Below, one piece after another: positions 9,926-23,312 of a stretch of DNA of 64,000 nucleotides. The stretch is taken from positions 60,016,001 through 60,080,000 of the forward strand of contig CM075978.1 in the NCBI GenBank assembly GCA_038087875.1, in the 5' to 3' direction. Source of the stretch: Malacoraja senta (lineage: Eukaryota). Made by a program: the position numbers and the translations under genes. Position 1 is the first letter of the stretch, and every line of letters begins with the position of its first letter. Below the pieces are notes generated by a model, which ran no database searches, was not told where the DNA came from, and saw only the letters and a list, made by a program, of their open reading frames with translations.

Positions 9926-11344
9926 ACCACTGAGCTCCCACTGTTTGCAGCCTCAGTGCTGTCCAGGTAGGGTTTTACACCCAGTCGATGTCAGCTGCAT
10001 CCTGCACCACCACTTCCCCTCACTCTACTTCTTCCAGCTGGAAGAGGAGCAGGAAGAGCTGCAGGACGGCTGGTGCCAGAGGAGGGGAAAGATAGATTCC
10101 CATTATAGAGAAGATAGTTACATTAAAACCGAATGCCTGCACACACAGCCACTACCATTTGCCAAGGGCCCATGGTAAGAAGTCACAGAGGCACAACTAA
10201 CCTTCCATGAAATACCACAGTGTCTCTGACATACAGAAACTATCGATAGTCTGCATTCCTCTCTTTAGACCCATCAGAAACATGGTTTCTGTTCATGGTT
10301 GCAATATTATTGTATCGGCTGTAACTCCTCAAAAAAGTGGTTCCATTGCAGAGTTTTCATCAAGTTGTACAGTGCAGAGACAGATCGTTCAGCATACCAT
10401 GTCCTTCAAATACCCATCTGTACTCATCCCATTTACCATCAAGGTAGTTCCTATCCTTCTGGTCCTATCCTCGCGACTGGTCAGTGCTTCAGGAGCACTG
10501 TCCACTATGACTGCTCAATTCCAGTAGCGCTTATTGTCAGATGCACAAGTATGGTGCGGTACAGATACAATCAGAATGTTGCTTGTGGCAGCATCACTGG
10601 GATACTCAGGCAACACACAAAAACATAAATTATACATAAATTACACACATTCTCCAAGACAGTAAAAAGAAAATGACTGCAAAATAAGACTGAAAAAGAC
10701 TTGTGCAAAAATACTTAATTAAAAAATGTCACGTCCACGTCAGTGGAAGAGGTGAGCCATAGTGTTCTGTTGCCAAGTTAGGATTAGGGATGTGCAGGTG
10801 GGTTCAAGACCCTAATAGGTGCAGGTAAGGAGCTGTTCCTAAAGCTCGGTGTGGGACTTCAGGCTTCTGTACCTCCTGCCCAAGAGTCACAACAAGACCA
10901 GGCATGGCCAGGATGGTAAGGGTCTTCGGTAATTCAGATAATCAAGATAATTCAGCAGCATGACCTGTAGTCATAGATACTCTCCATCGCAAAGTACCAA
11001 GCCTGGTTTCTTCGATTAAACAGCCATAAAGTATTTATAGTGAGGGACTTTTAGAAGGCACCTGCCATGACAGATGTGTTTGCTGCAGCTGTGGCACCAG
11101 GCATGTCAATGAGACAAATTATGAAGTTACTACAGCTTGAATGAACATCAATAATGGGCAAATGATGAGTCATTATTTTGTACTGTATCTTCATTTAACT
11201 GTGCATGAGATTGTTTAGATCCAGAACTAAGGCACTGAATCTCCTGCTCTTAGGGTTAGTCCTTAGGCCAGGGAAGTGAAATATAGCTTTATGTTTAAAA
11301 TCAGTTATGTGCAAAAACAGATGCTTCACTGATATTAGAATCTT

Positions 11345-11740
11345 CGAATTTAGAAGGATGAGAGGGGATGTTATAGAAACATATAAAATTCTTAAGGGAT
11401 TAGACAGGTTAGATGCAGGTAAAATGTTCCCGATGTTGGGGGAGTCCAGAACCAGGGGTCACAGTTTAACAATAGCCATTTAGGACTGAAATGAGGAAAA
11501 ACTTTTCCACCCAGAGAGTTGTGAATCTGTGGAATTCCCTGCCACAGAAGGCAGTGGAGGCCAATTCACTGGATGTTTTCAAGAGAATGTTAGATTTAGC
11601 TCTAAGGGCTAAATGAATCAAGGGATATGGGGAAAAAGCAGGAACGGGATACTGATTGTGGATGATCAGCCATGATCATATTGAATGGCGGTGCTGGCTC
11701 TAAGGGCCGAATGGCCTACTGCACCTATTTTCTATGTTTC
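11345..11740 (+). mobile_element. CR1 3' fragment
   Basis: EFRRMRGDVIETYKIL... followed by the same 3'UTR and tail type as the CR1 at 3908-7992. Confidence 0.85.
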
Positions 11741-13584
11741 TTCCTGTTTAATCAAATGAGATCAACTGGGTGAGGAGACTGTGTTGGGAGGAACATCACT
11801 TTCATCTAACAAAGATCAAAGGATGATGATCCCTGCATTAATATTTTTCTCAAAATAAACAAGTTGTGCATTTGGAGAGGGTGGATAGTTGCTCGCCCAT
11901 CAGAGAACTAATGACTTAAATGTCAAGCTCCTGTTGACATGCTTGTATTTTACTGCATTTATCTCGTAGCATTCTTGGAATGAATGGATAATCCTGAACT
12001 AGCCATTCTTAGATAGAGTATACAGTCAGAACCTTTTCCCCAGGATGGGAATGTCAATTAGAAGGCATGGCTTTAAGGTGAGAGGGCAACGTTTAAAGGA
12101 GATGTGCAGGGCAAGTATTTATTTATGGAGAGGGTGGTGGGTGCCTGGTACACATGACAGATATGATAGTGGCATTTAAGAGGCTTTGAGAAAGGCATAT
12201 TGATATGCAGGAAATTGAGGTATTTTGATCATTAACAGGGCAGAGGAGATTACTTTAGCCTGGCATTCATGTTCACCCTTCTTCAGACTGCCACAAAGTG
12301 CTGGAGTAACTCAGCAGGTCAGGCAGTCTGAAGAAAGGTCCCAACTCTAAATGTCACCCATCATTTTTCTCTAGAGATGCCACCTGATCTGTTGAGTTAC
12401 TCCAGCACTTTGTGTCTATCTTCGGTATAAATCAGCATCCGCAGTTCTTTGTTTCTACATTCAGGACTTTGCACTAGCTTGGTTTTTGCACTATCACAGT
12501 ACAGTTAACTTACAATAACTGATCATTTATTGTTTTTGTTGTTGTTGTCGTTGCATTTAATGTGTCTGTAAAGCTGCAGGAAACAGAAATGTCATTTGTC
12601 CGGATCACATCTTGTGCAAACGAAAAAAATGAACACTCTTGGAACTCTTGAGATGTCCAAAATAGGTGGCTGCAGGACGCATTAATCATGTGACCCAGAG
12701 GTTGCAAACACCATTAAAACCTCCAAAACCCAATGACCAAACACTGGTCTATGACTCGTGTGTAAGAAGAAACTGCAGATACTGGTTTAAACCGAAGATA
12801 GACACAAAAAGCTGGAGTAACTCAGTGGGTCAGATAGCATCTCTGGAGAAAAGGAATAGGTGACGTTTCAGGTCGAGACCTTTCTTCAGACTTTTCACCA
12901 GATATGCTGTCTGACCCACTGGTCTATGACCCTATGGTCTGCTTCCTGTGGACTGGTATTATCTAGAGTCCCAACTTCCTTACAGCAGATAAAGAGGACG
13001 TTTGGGCCAGTGAGTCTGTGCTGGCTCTCCAGGCAATCCCAATCCCCACTAATTTTCCCTGCAATCCCATTATTTTCCACCCAGACTCTACCACTCACAT
13101 AAACTAATTGGCCAATCCTGCTGTCTTGGGAAGTGGGAGGAGATTGGAGGAACCGCACACAGTTACTGGGAGAACTTGGAAACACCATATAAATGTCACC
13201 CGAGGCCAGGATCCAACCGGTTGCTGGAGCTATGAGGAATCAGCTCTATCAGTTGTGTGACTGTGCCACCCTAGTCAGCTCTCAGCTCCATCGTACAGCA
13301 ATATGCTCCCAACCATCACTGTGCAGGAAAGCAATCTCTCCACTCTCACATATTAATCTGATCCCAGTGGAATTCTAGTGGGATCCGTCCGAATCTCTGC
13401 AGAGGCACAGAGGCTGTGAACGCAGTCTGTGTCTCCATAGAAACAGAGCCGGCAGCTGCTGTCACGCTAAAGTGCTGTTTGCAGGGGAGCTGTGTTACCT
13501 TGAAAGGGAACTGTGCAGTACTGCCTACACGCATCTCCATGCACGAGTCTCGAGCCATCTCTTGTTTCAATCCAGTTCCTGGAT

Positions 13585-13935
13585 AGAGATAGGGTTGGAT
13601 AGGGTGGATGTGGAGAGGATGTTTCCACTAGTGGGAGAGTCTAACACTAGAGGTCATAGCCTCAGAATAAAAGGATGTTCCTTTAGGAAGGAGATGAGGA
13701 GGAATGTCTTTAGTCAGAGGGTGGTGAATCTGTGGAATTAATTGCCTCAGAAGGCTATGGAGACTAATGGTTATTTTTGGCAGAGATAGATAGATTCTTG
13801 ATTAGTACGGGTGCCAGTGGTTATGGGGAGAAGGCAGGAGAATGGGATGAGGGTGAGATAGATCAGCCAGTTTTGAATGGCGCAGTGGACTTGATAGACC
13901 AAATGGCCTAATTCTTCTATCACTTACGACCATAT
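13585..13935 (+). mobile_element. CR1 3' fragment
   Basis: GLDRVDVERMFPLVGESNTRGHSLRIKG...FSQRVVNLWN. Confidence 0.85.
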
Positions 13936-14719
13936 GCTCTCCAGAGAGGAGATTACTGCAAGCATTTCAATGTGCAGGAACAATATTCACCATGGTTTAC
14001 GGAGAATTAGGGAGAGATCTATTGAAGATGGCTTGATGTAGGGAGAGGTTGAGAACCTATAAAACAAGGGTCACTATCCCAGAACAAGGGGAAGGCCGAT
14101 CGGGACTGAAAAGAGGAGATTTCTTAACTCAGAGGTGGAGAATCTCTGGAATTCTCTACCATGGCGGCCTTTGGAAGCCAAATTTTTTATCACGACTAAA
14201 GTTCACTCTAAAGCAGTAAGGCATGGAGGGGCGAGGATTAGTTTTGTGAGACCACCAAACAACAAGTAGACACAAAAAGCTGGAGTAACTCAGCGGGTCA
14301 GGCAGCATCTCTGGAGAAAAGGAATAGGTGACGTTTAGGGTCGAGACCCTTCTTCAGACAGAGTCAGGAAAAAGGGAAACGAGAGATATAGACGGTAATG
14401 TAGAGAGATATAGAATAAATGAATGAAAGATATGCAAAAAAAGTACTGATGATAACGGAAACATGCCATTGTTAGCTGTGTGTTAGGTGAAAACGAGTTA
14501 CAGACAGGTTTAAACCAGCATCTGCAGTTCCTTCCTACACATGTTTATCAAGTACTTGGCTCAAGGTCTTGTGCAGTGCAGAAAGGCCTTACACATTAGA
14601 ACATGCACAATGTGTTGTCTCTCTCAGCCATAGATGTGGGTGGGAGGGGAGGAAGAATGAAGTGTTTGGGAGAGGAGTTTGTGGAAGTCATATCAAAAAG
14701 TGACATCGTTTTTTTAAAG

Positions 14720-15022
14720 TTTTAGAAACAAGCCCTTTGGCCCACTGAGTCCGCACCGACCAGCGATCCTCGCGCACTAACACTATCCTACAAACGCATT
14801 AGGGCCAATTTTTACACATATAGTTATACAAAGCCAATTAACCTACAAACCTGTACGTCTTCGGAGTGTGGGAAGAAATCGAAGATCTCGGAAAAAACCC
14901 ACGCAGTCACAGGGAGAAGGTACAAACTCTGTACAGACAGCACCCGTAGTCATGATCGAACACGGGTCTCAGGCACTGCAAGCGCTGTAAGGCATCAACT
15001 CTACCACTGCGCCACCGTGACC
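14720..15022 (-). mobile_element. HE1-like V-SINE
   Basis: Near full-length reverse copy with tRNA-like head (GGTGGCGCAGTGG...GTTCGATC) and conserved body. Confidence 0.85.
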
Positions 15023-15827
15023 CCCTGATTTACTGGCTATTTAACATCAGTTGGTGTGTCTGGGGATGTGTGGGGTTGGATGGAGAGGAGAGATGTACAG
15101 AGGATCTTTCCAAACCATGACACGTGCACAAAGGATTCATAAATGAATGGCCAATACATGGGAATACTGTATTATTCCTTTAAATTTAGCAATTCAAGAG
15201 AAATAAAAATGGGCAATGAACTCCCTCAGAGGGTGGTGGGGTACACGGAACGGGCTGCCGGGGCAAGATGTGGAGCCAGGTACAATTACAACAGTTGAAG
15301 TCATAGTCATACAGCACGAAATAGGCCCTTCGGCCCAACATATCTGTGCCCAGCAAGATACCCATATATGCTAGTCCCATTTTCTCATTCGAAAGATACT
15401 TGGATGGATACATGGATAGGAAAGGTTTAGAAGAATATGGGCGAAAAGGAGGTAAATGGGACTAGCTCATTTGGGCAACTTGGTTGCCACAATCTTTGGG
15501 GGCCAGTGGGAAGAGAGCATTTGAAAATCAGGACCTCAAACCCAGCCCAAAGTTAATGGTCCACTGGACAGCAGTGATCCAGGCACTCTTGTATACCCCT
15601 AACTTTGGATCACCAACAGCACACAACCACAAACAACTGCAGAGGTACCGGCAACACCAACTCCACAAGATCTCCAAACACACAAGCAGGATAAGCAAAC
15701 TAATGTCAGCATCCTCCCATGAACCAGTGGCCAAGGCTCCGATCATGTTCACAACTATGACAGAAAGGTCACATTGTCCGCGCACCTGAAGCAGATTGTT
15801 GTGCGCTCTGTTAGGGAAAGAGTGTAC

Positions 15828-18227
15828 TGTGGCGGTTCCTAGTGAGTAGGCCACTTCCTGGTTCATCCCCCTCAGCACTTGATGGACAGGTCCGGGGGCG
15901 GCTTCCAGCTACGAAGATAAGAGCAGGGATTTTAGGCGCGAGACCAGTTTTCAGTGTCTCACTGAAGCGGAGAGTAGTGTGCTGTGCTCATTAAAGCCTC
16001 AACAGAATTTGTCTAGCTTTTCGCCGTCATTCCGGGCTCTCTCATGCACCCGCCACACCGATGACCCTCGACATTTCGGCGCAAGTCGCGATGGACCCGA
16101 ATGTTCTACAGGACGCACAACCCGGTCAACCGTCCTTGGACCATGCCGGTCAACCGTCCTTGGGTCCTGCCGGCCCTGCTGATCTCCACGCCGTTGCGCT
16201 GAAGCTGCCTACCCTGTGGACTGACGAGCCCGGAATCTAGTTTGACCAGGCCGAGGCGCAGTTTGCACTGCGGGGCGTTTCAGTCGACGCTTCCGGTTGT
16301 AGCGGTTGGCGCGGTGCTAGAGCAGCTGATCGACGGGCTTTGGCGGCCTCTGGCCTTATTCAGCAGGCACCTCAGCGGCGCACCGCGGCACTACAGTGCC
16401 TTTGACCGCGAGCTCCTCGCCCTTTACCTCAGCGTGCGCCACTTCCGTTACTTTTTGGACGGACATTTACAGCTTACATGGACCACAAGCCCCTCAACTT
16501 TGCGTTCGCCAAGATTTCTGACCCGTGGTCCACTCGCCAGCAGCGGCAGTTGGCGTTCGTCTCGTAATACACTACCTCCAGTCGTTTCATCGAGGGCAAA
16601 GACAACAGAGTAGCCAACGACTTGTCTCGTCCCGCGGTCAACGCCGTTTTACAGGTGTCCAATGGCATTGATTACTCAGCCCAGGCTGCTACCCAGCTGA
16701 CGGATGATGAGATGTCCGCCTATCGTACCGCAGTTTCGGGCCTGCGGTTGGAGGACGTTCCATGTGGCCCCGGGGGTGCGAGGCTGCTGTGCGACAACTC
16801 GACTGGTCAGCCGCGGCCCATCGTCCCCGTCGCCTGGCGGCGCAGAGTGTTCGAGGTGCTCCACGGGCTGGCCCACCCTTCTATTCGGGCAACGCCGGCC
16901 CTCGTGGCTTCCTGTTTCATGTGGCACGGGTTGCGCAAACAGGTTGGGCATTGGGCGCGCACCTGCATCCCGTGCCAAACTGCCAAGGTACAGCGGCATG
17001 TGCGGGCACCGCTCCAGGAGTTCCGCGTCCCTCGCCAGCGGTTTGACCATATCCACGTGGACATCGTGGGACCGCTGCCGCCTTCTCGGGACTTCACCCT
17101 CCTCGTGGTCGACCATTTCACGCGGTGGCCGGATGCGGTTCCATTGGCAGACACCTCTGCGGCCACGTGTGCCCGTGCTTTGGCGGCACAATGGATTGCC
17201 CGATTCAGAGTGCCGCTGGACATTACGTCCGACCGGGGTCCTCAGTTCACATCTGAACTCTGGCAGCCATGGCTCGCCTTCTCGGGGTTAACCTGCACCG
17301 CACCACGGTGTATCATCCGCAGGCGAACGGCCTGGTGGAGCATTTCCACCGCAAGCTCAAGGCTGCCCTGAAGGTTCGGCTCACGCACCTGGACTGGGTC
17401 GGCGCATTGCCGTGGGTTTTGCTGGGTGTCCGCACCGTGCCCAAAGAGGACCTGGCCACCTCCTCAGCTGAGTTGGTGTACGGGGCCCCGCTGACAGTGC
17501 CCGGTGAGTTTATCCCATCAGCACAGGGCCAGGCGGAGCGGCCATCAGCCGCCCTGCAACGGCTTCGGCAGACCGTGGGCAAGCTGGCACCGGTGCCGAC
17601 GTCTCGCCACATTTCGTTCAGGCCGCACGTTCCTTCCGCTCTCCAGGACTGCCCGTTTTCCTGCGTCGGGACGCGCACCGGACGCCCCTTCAGTGGCCGT
17701 ACGAAGGACCATTCAAGGTCCTCGAGTATGGCCCTTTCACTTTCGTTTTGGACATGGGGGGTCGTCGTGAGACGGTCTTGCGCGGCTGAAGCCGGCACAC
17801 GTGGACATCAGCTACTTGCGTGACCTCGCCCTCGGGGTCGCCCTCGGTTCCGGCCCTTTCCCCAAGCGCCCGCGCCGCCACCTTCGCCTGGCAGTGTGTA
17901 TCCGGTTCCTGCGCCCGCCATGGTGCGCACACGGGCTAGTCGTCCCGTATGTCCCCCTGTCCGTTTCGTGCCTCCGGTTCTTGGGGGGGGGGGGTCCTGT
18001 GGCGGTTCCTGGGGAGAGGGCCACTCCCTGGTTCATCCCCCTCGGCACTTAATAGACAGGTCCAGGGGCGGCTTCCAGCTACAAAGATAAGAGCAGAGAT
18101 TTTTGGCGCGAGACTAGTTTTCAGTCTCTCACTGAAGCAGAGAGTATTGTGCTGTGCTCATTAAAGCCTCTACAGAATTTGCCTGGCTCCTCGCCTTCAT
18201 TCCGGGCTCTCTCATGCACCCGCTACA
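15828..18227 (+). mobile_element. Gypsy/Ty3 LTR retrotransposon, internally deleted
   Basis: 230-bp TG...CA LTRs at 15828-16057 and 17998-18227, 4-bp TSD GTAC, G-run PPT at 17983-17994, degenerate PBS. Remnants of gag start (LKLPTLW), RNase H (YSAFDRELLA) and integrase (HHCC zinc finger, HVDIVGPLP, SDRGPQF, YHPQANGLVE) with frameshifts. Confidence 0.95.
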
Positions 18228-18267
18228 GTACCATGATGAAACATGTTTAGAAAATCCCCTTGTAGAG

Positions 18268-18575
18268 GGGGCAGTGAGTGGTGCAGTGGTAGACCTGCTG
18301 CCTCACAGGGCCAGAGACCAGGGTTCGACCCTGGCTACAGGTGCCGTCTGTGTGGAGTTTGTACGTTCTCCCTGTGATCGCATTGGTTTTATCTGGATGC
18401 TCTGGTTTCCTCCCGCATTCCAAAGACGTGCAGGTTTACTGGTCAATTGGCTTCAGTAAATTGCTCCTCGTGTGTAAGATGCAAAAGTGGAATGAATATG
18501 GAACTAGTGTACGGGTGATCGATAGTTGGTGTGGACTCAGTGGGCCAAATGGCCTGTTTCCACGCTATGCTGTAA
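18268..18575 (+). mobile_element. HE1-like V-SINE (diverged)
   Basis: tRNA-like head with GGTTCGACCC, conserved body and CR1-like tail. Confidence 0.8.
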
Positions 18576-18598
18576 AAAAGGAGAAAGTGTAATATCCT

Positions 18599-21495
18599 TT
18601 GATTAATATTTTTATTAGAAGCAAACATATTATAAAGTATAGTAACATATTATAATAGAAAAAAAAACTTTTCATATACATCAATCATACATTATTAAAA
18701 TTGTCAATTGTCAATTAATTCTGCTTCTAGTGGGTTTTTTTTTGTTTTTTTTTATATAGATAGAAAAAGAGAGGTAGAAAGAAAAAAGCATTACAAATAT
18801 CGAGAAGAAAAAAAAAGAGGTGGAATGAGTTATTTATAATACGTCATTGGAGATAAGTTCGTAGGTTATGATAATTTTACATCTAATCCTGAGTTCAAGC
18901 TTCAGTTGGGTTTTCGTGCTGGGCCCATCTATCCCTTCAAATAGTTAATGAATGGAGCCCATATTTTAACAAAAAGTTCTTGTTTGTCCATTAAGACAAG
19001 TCTAATTCTTTCTAGATGTAGGGTCTCCGACATTTCCACAATCCACATTTTAATTGTGGGGGTTATAGGACCTATCCAAAATTTTAATATTAATTTTTTC
19101 CCAGTTATTATACTGTAGTCAAGGAAGTTTCTTTGGCTTGTTGTGAGTATTAAACTTTGTTCTGATATCCCAAGTATTATTAATTTTGAGTCTGGATCCA
19201 ATTTAGTATTAACAACTTCAGAAATTATTTCAAAAATATCAATCCAGAAATTTTTGATTTTTATACAATTTGCAAAAGTATGTGTTAAATTGGCCTCCAG
19301 ATGTAGGTATTTATCACAGAGAGGAGAAATATGTGGGAAGATTCTATTTAGTTTTATTTTGGAATAATGTAATCTGTTGTATTAAAGCATGTCTGGCATT
19401 TAACGAGCATTGATGTATATGTTGTAAACTTTCGTCCCAAATGTCTTTCGTTATAGAGTGACCTAACTCATTTTCCCATGTTTGTCTATATAGTTCCATC
19501 GGTGGTACCTCATTGTTTAAGAGGATGTTATAGATATAAGCTATTAATTTTTCAGTGTTAGGATGCTTATTCAAACATTCATCAAGAATTTCTGGTTCCC
19601 TAGTCCTATATACTTGTGTATTAGATTTAACATAATCTCTAATTTATAGATATCTGAAAAAATTATTTGAGTGTAGTCCATAATTCTGTTGTAACTCTTG
19701 AAATGACAGAAAGATGCCTTCCCTATAAAGATGTCCAATCTTTTTAATTCCATAATTTTTCCATTGTATAAAACCTCTATCCAATATGGATGGCTTGAAT
19801 AAAGGATTATTTACAATGGGAAGACATAGTGGTATATTATTCAGTTTTAAAGCTTTTTTTAATTGTTTCCAAATTCGTATTCCACTATGTATTATAGGGT
19901 TTTCCTTATAGGTTTTTTTATGCAATTTTGTGGGAGCAAGTATAATCGAACCAATTTCAAAAGGTAAACAGTCTTCCTTTTCCATCCTTAACCAATCTGG
20001 ATATTGATCCATTTCTTCCAGCCAGAAATTCATGTTTTTAATATGGACTGCCCAAAAATAAAATAAGAAATTTGGCAAAGCCAAACCTCCATTGCTCTTT
20101 GACTTACATAAATGTTTTTAACTTATTCTATGATTCTTATAATCCCAAATAAAGCTTGTAACAATGGAGTCGACTTTTTTGAAAAAGTTTTTTGGGATAT
20201 ATATCGGAATTAATTGAAATAGATACAGTAGTTGCGGTAAGAAGATCATTTTTATAGCATTAATTCTACCAAGCATTGAAATGGGAATTGTTTTCCAGTA
20301 CTGAATATTCTTGTGTAATTTATTAAGTAAGGGTGGAAAATTTAGTTTAAATAAAGAGGTATATGTCTTAGTTACATAGATTCCTAAATATTTAAGTTTA
20401 TCTTTAACTATTTTAAAAGGGGATTGTTGCAATGTATTTGAATTGAATTTTGTTATTGGCATAATTTCACTTTTATTCCAGTTAATTCTATATCCTGAGA
20501 ACTGACCAAATTGAGTTATTAGATTTAATAGATTTGGAATACTAGTTTCTAACTTTGTGATATATATTAGTACATCATCTGCATATAAGGAAATTTTATT
20601 CCTTGTATCTCTAGTGTTGTACCCGTGTATTCCTGAATGGGTTCTAACGCTTTCTGCTAATGGTTCAATTGCAAGAGCAAATAATAGTGGGGATAGTGAG
20701 CATCCTTGTCTGCAACCTCTAGAAAGATTAAATTTAGCTGATAACATTTGGTTTGTTAATATTCTAGCTGTTGGATTGGAGTATAACAGTTTAATCCATA
20801 TACAGTACTTCTCTCCTAGTTGAAATTTTTCCATTACCGAAAATAAATATGACCATTCTACCTGGTCAAATGCTTTTTCAGCATCTAACGATATAATTGC
20901 TAGATCTGCATTAGGAATTCTATTTGTATATATAATATTGAATAGTCTTCTCAAATTATAAAATGAGTAACGTTTTGGAATAAAACCAGTTTGGTCGGGG
21001 TGTATTAATTTGTTAATCACTAAGCTCAATCTATGAGATAGGATTTTGGTTAATATTTTTTGAGAGCTATTGCTCTATATGAACCTGGGTCTTCAGGATC
21101 CTTATCCGTTTTTGGTATAAGTATGATTGTAGATTCATTTAGAGTTTCTGGGAGTTTCTGTTGAGTATAAACGTATTTGTATAGTGTCTGTAGGCGTGGA
21201 GAAATCAGATCGTAATTTTTTTAATAACATTCAGAGCTTAGACCATCAGGACCTGAGGCCTTTCCGTTTTTTAAAGATCTAATTGACTCTACGATGTCTT
21301 TTACCGTAATTTCTGCATCTAGTGATTCTCTCTCTTTCTGATCTAAACCTGTAAGGTTACATTTCTGTAGAAATGTTTCCATTCCTGCTGATTGTTCTGT
21401 CGTTTTAGATGAGTACAGTTTTTGATAGTATTGTAAAAATCTATCATTTATATCTTTAGGCAGTGTTAATATTTCTCCCTTGTCTGATCTAATTT
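18599..21495 (-). mobile_element. L1-clade LINE, 5'-truncated, frameshifted
   Basis: RT motifs HPDQTGF, LDAEKAFD, GCRQGCSLSPLLF, YADD, KYLGI. AATAAA at 18611-18616. Candidate 11-bp TSD TGTAA(T/G)ATCCT at 18588-18598 / 21496-21506. Confidence 0.92.
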
Positions 21496-22952
21496 TGTAA
21501 GATCCTCACGGACATTTGGGAATCTTCTGTTTGTAATAATCTATAAAATATCTGGAACAGCTCCCGGAATCTCAGGATTCTTTATCGGGAGAATATGGAG
21601 AGTGCTGAAGAAGCAGACATTTCCCGACCTTCTCAACCATGGAAGGGGCCATGTTCAAACATCAGGCTCATAGGAACCCATGGATGGGAGCGGAAACAAA
21701 CATGGGATGGAAGTGCTCCAGTCCCAGATCCAGCCAGACAATGACCCACCTATGTTTGGGATCCCTGGTGTTCGCAACCCAAACCCTGGCTCCAGCTGCA
21801 CAACTGGCCCACAGTCTGCACCCTGTCCCAGCTGAACTCAGGACCCCCAGCTCTGGATAGGCACACTGCACTGGATACTGGACAAGCACTGGAAGCACAC
21901 TCTGCTGGACCAGCTCTAGAATCACACTGCACTGGCACTCTGGGCCCCAGTTGGCATTCCCGCCTAATGAGTGAGTCAGATGGCCGGCCATTTGGGTATT
22001 CTGAACAATCAGAGGCTTGATAATCAGCGTTTTACTGTGTTTTAACATGGAATCTTGACCAAATGGACAACCCTCCCCAAGCAAACAAAGTGTTGGAACA
22101 ATCCAAGTTTTTGCACTCGTTTAAAGGTTGAAATGTGATTCAAAGAACTGAATGAGTATACCTGCAGGACTAACTGAGGAAATGTCCTGGAAAAGGTGCG
22201 AGAAGCAAGTTTCCACATTTCAGAAATTAAATTTATAAACAGAAGGCACATTTCCTTCTCCTCAAACATAACATCGAGAACTCAAAAGATGTTTCATCCC
22301 CATGCAGGGTTACCATGGAAACAGCCCCACTCCTAGACGCTACCCGAGGAGACAAGGAAAAGCACTTTATTTTTATACAAAGCTTGTTGTGAACGCAACA
22401 CCTGTGAGGATGTTGAGAGCACATTTAATAATTACACTGGAAAACTGCAGGGACTTAAGGAAAAGCTTTTACAGGATTACGGTAAAAAGATAATGACGCA
22501 TTTACTCAGTGCCTTTCAGGTCCCTTTACACAAGAACAATGTAAAACAGGAGCAGCATTAGGCCACTCGGCCCCTCAAGCCTGCCCTGTCCTTCAATGTG
22601 GTCACGGCTGATTTGTCCCTTATGCTAAAACGAAATGGTCAGTTGAGCATTCCAACAAGCGTAGTCTCAGTTGGAGTGCAAGTCCATGAAAATCATAGAC
22701 ATAAAATGCTGGAGTAACTCAGCGGGACAGGCAGCATCTCTGGAGAGAAGGAATGGGTGACGTTTTTGTCACCCATTCGAAAGGTCGAGACCCTTCTCAG
22801 ACCCTGAAAGATCAAGGTTTACAGCGTACAGCACTGTCAGCTTTCAATCTGTAATGACATTATTGTGTTCTCAGTATTGGCACAGCAGGTACAATCCATG
22901 CAAGCAACATGCTCCCTGGAGTGCGGTGCATGGAGGGGAATGGCAGGGGTTC

Positions 22953-23090
22953 TTCTTCATCTTTCGTGTGGCGTGCACGGCCTAAAGTTGTTGGACAACT
23001 TGTTCTATTTGATCTTCCGTTTGTGCACGTCGAGTTGATTGCATTAGTCGAAACAGGGCGGACCAAGTGAAGGTTGCAATCTTCCACCCC
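22953..23090 (-). mobile_element. ~140-nt ribozyme-headed short retroposon, copy 2
   Basis: TSD CAGGGGTTC (22944-22952 / 23092-23100, or 10 bp with one mismatch), AAG-type tail, and the same 5' end as copy 1. Confidence 0.85.
23037..23090 (-). ncRNA. Minimal HDV-like ribozyme, copy 2
   Basis: Same fold as copy 1. P1' is CCGCCCU (U-A becomes a U.G wobble), L3 is UUCACUU, J4/2 is CUAA, and the catalytic C is retained. Confidence 0.75.
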
Positions 23091-23107
23091 ACAGGGGTTC
23101 AGTGTAC

Positions 23108-23312
23108 TTTAGTTTAGTTTACCGAGTCTGCGCTGACCAGCGATCTCCCCCGTATACTATCCTATACACCAGGGACAATGTTACTATTTTTTTTTACTGA
23201 CCTGGATATCTTTGGACAGTGGAAGGAAACCGAAGCACCCGGAGAAAACCAACGCGGTCACAAGAACATACAAACTCCGTACAGACAGCACCCGTGGTCA
23301 GGATCGATCCAC
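23108..23312 (-). mobile_element. HE1-like V-SINE fragment
   Basis: Reverse body and (CTAAA)n tail. Confidence 0.7.

Noticed and set aside
10039-10174. Exon-like segment on the + strand (ttccag|...ATG|gtaag)
   Set aside because: No recognisable protein and no partner exons; may be decayed TE.
16676-17932. Many overlapping ORFs on both strands
   Set aside because: Shadow ORFs of GC-rich Gypsy integrase sequence.
21640-21960. Repetitive CCAG/CTGG-rich stretch with short ORFs
   Set aside because: No consistent period, splice signals or homology I can identify.
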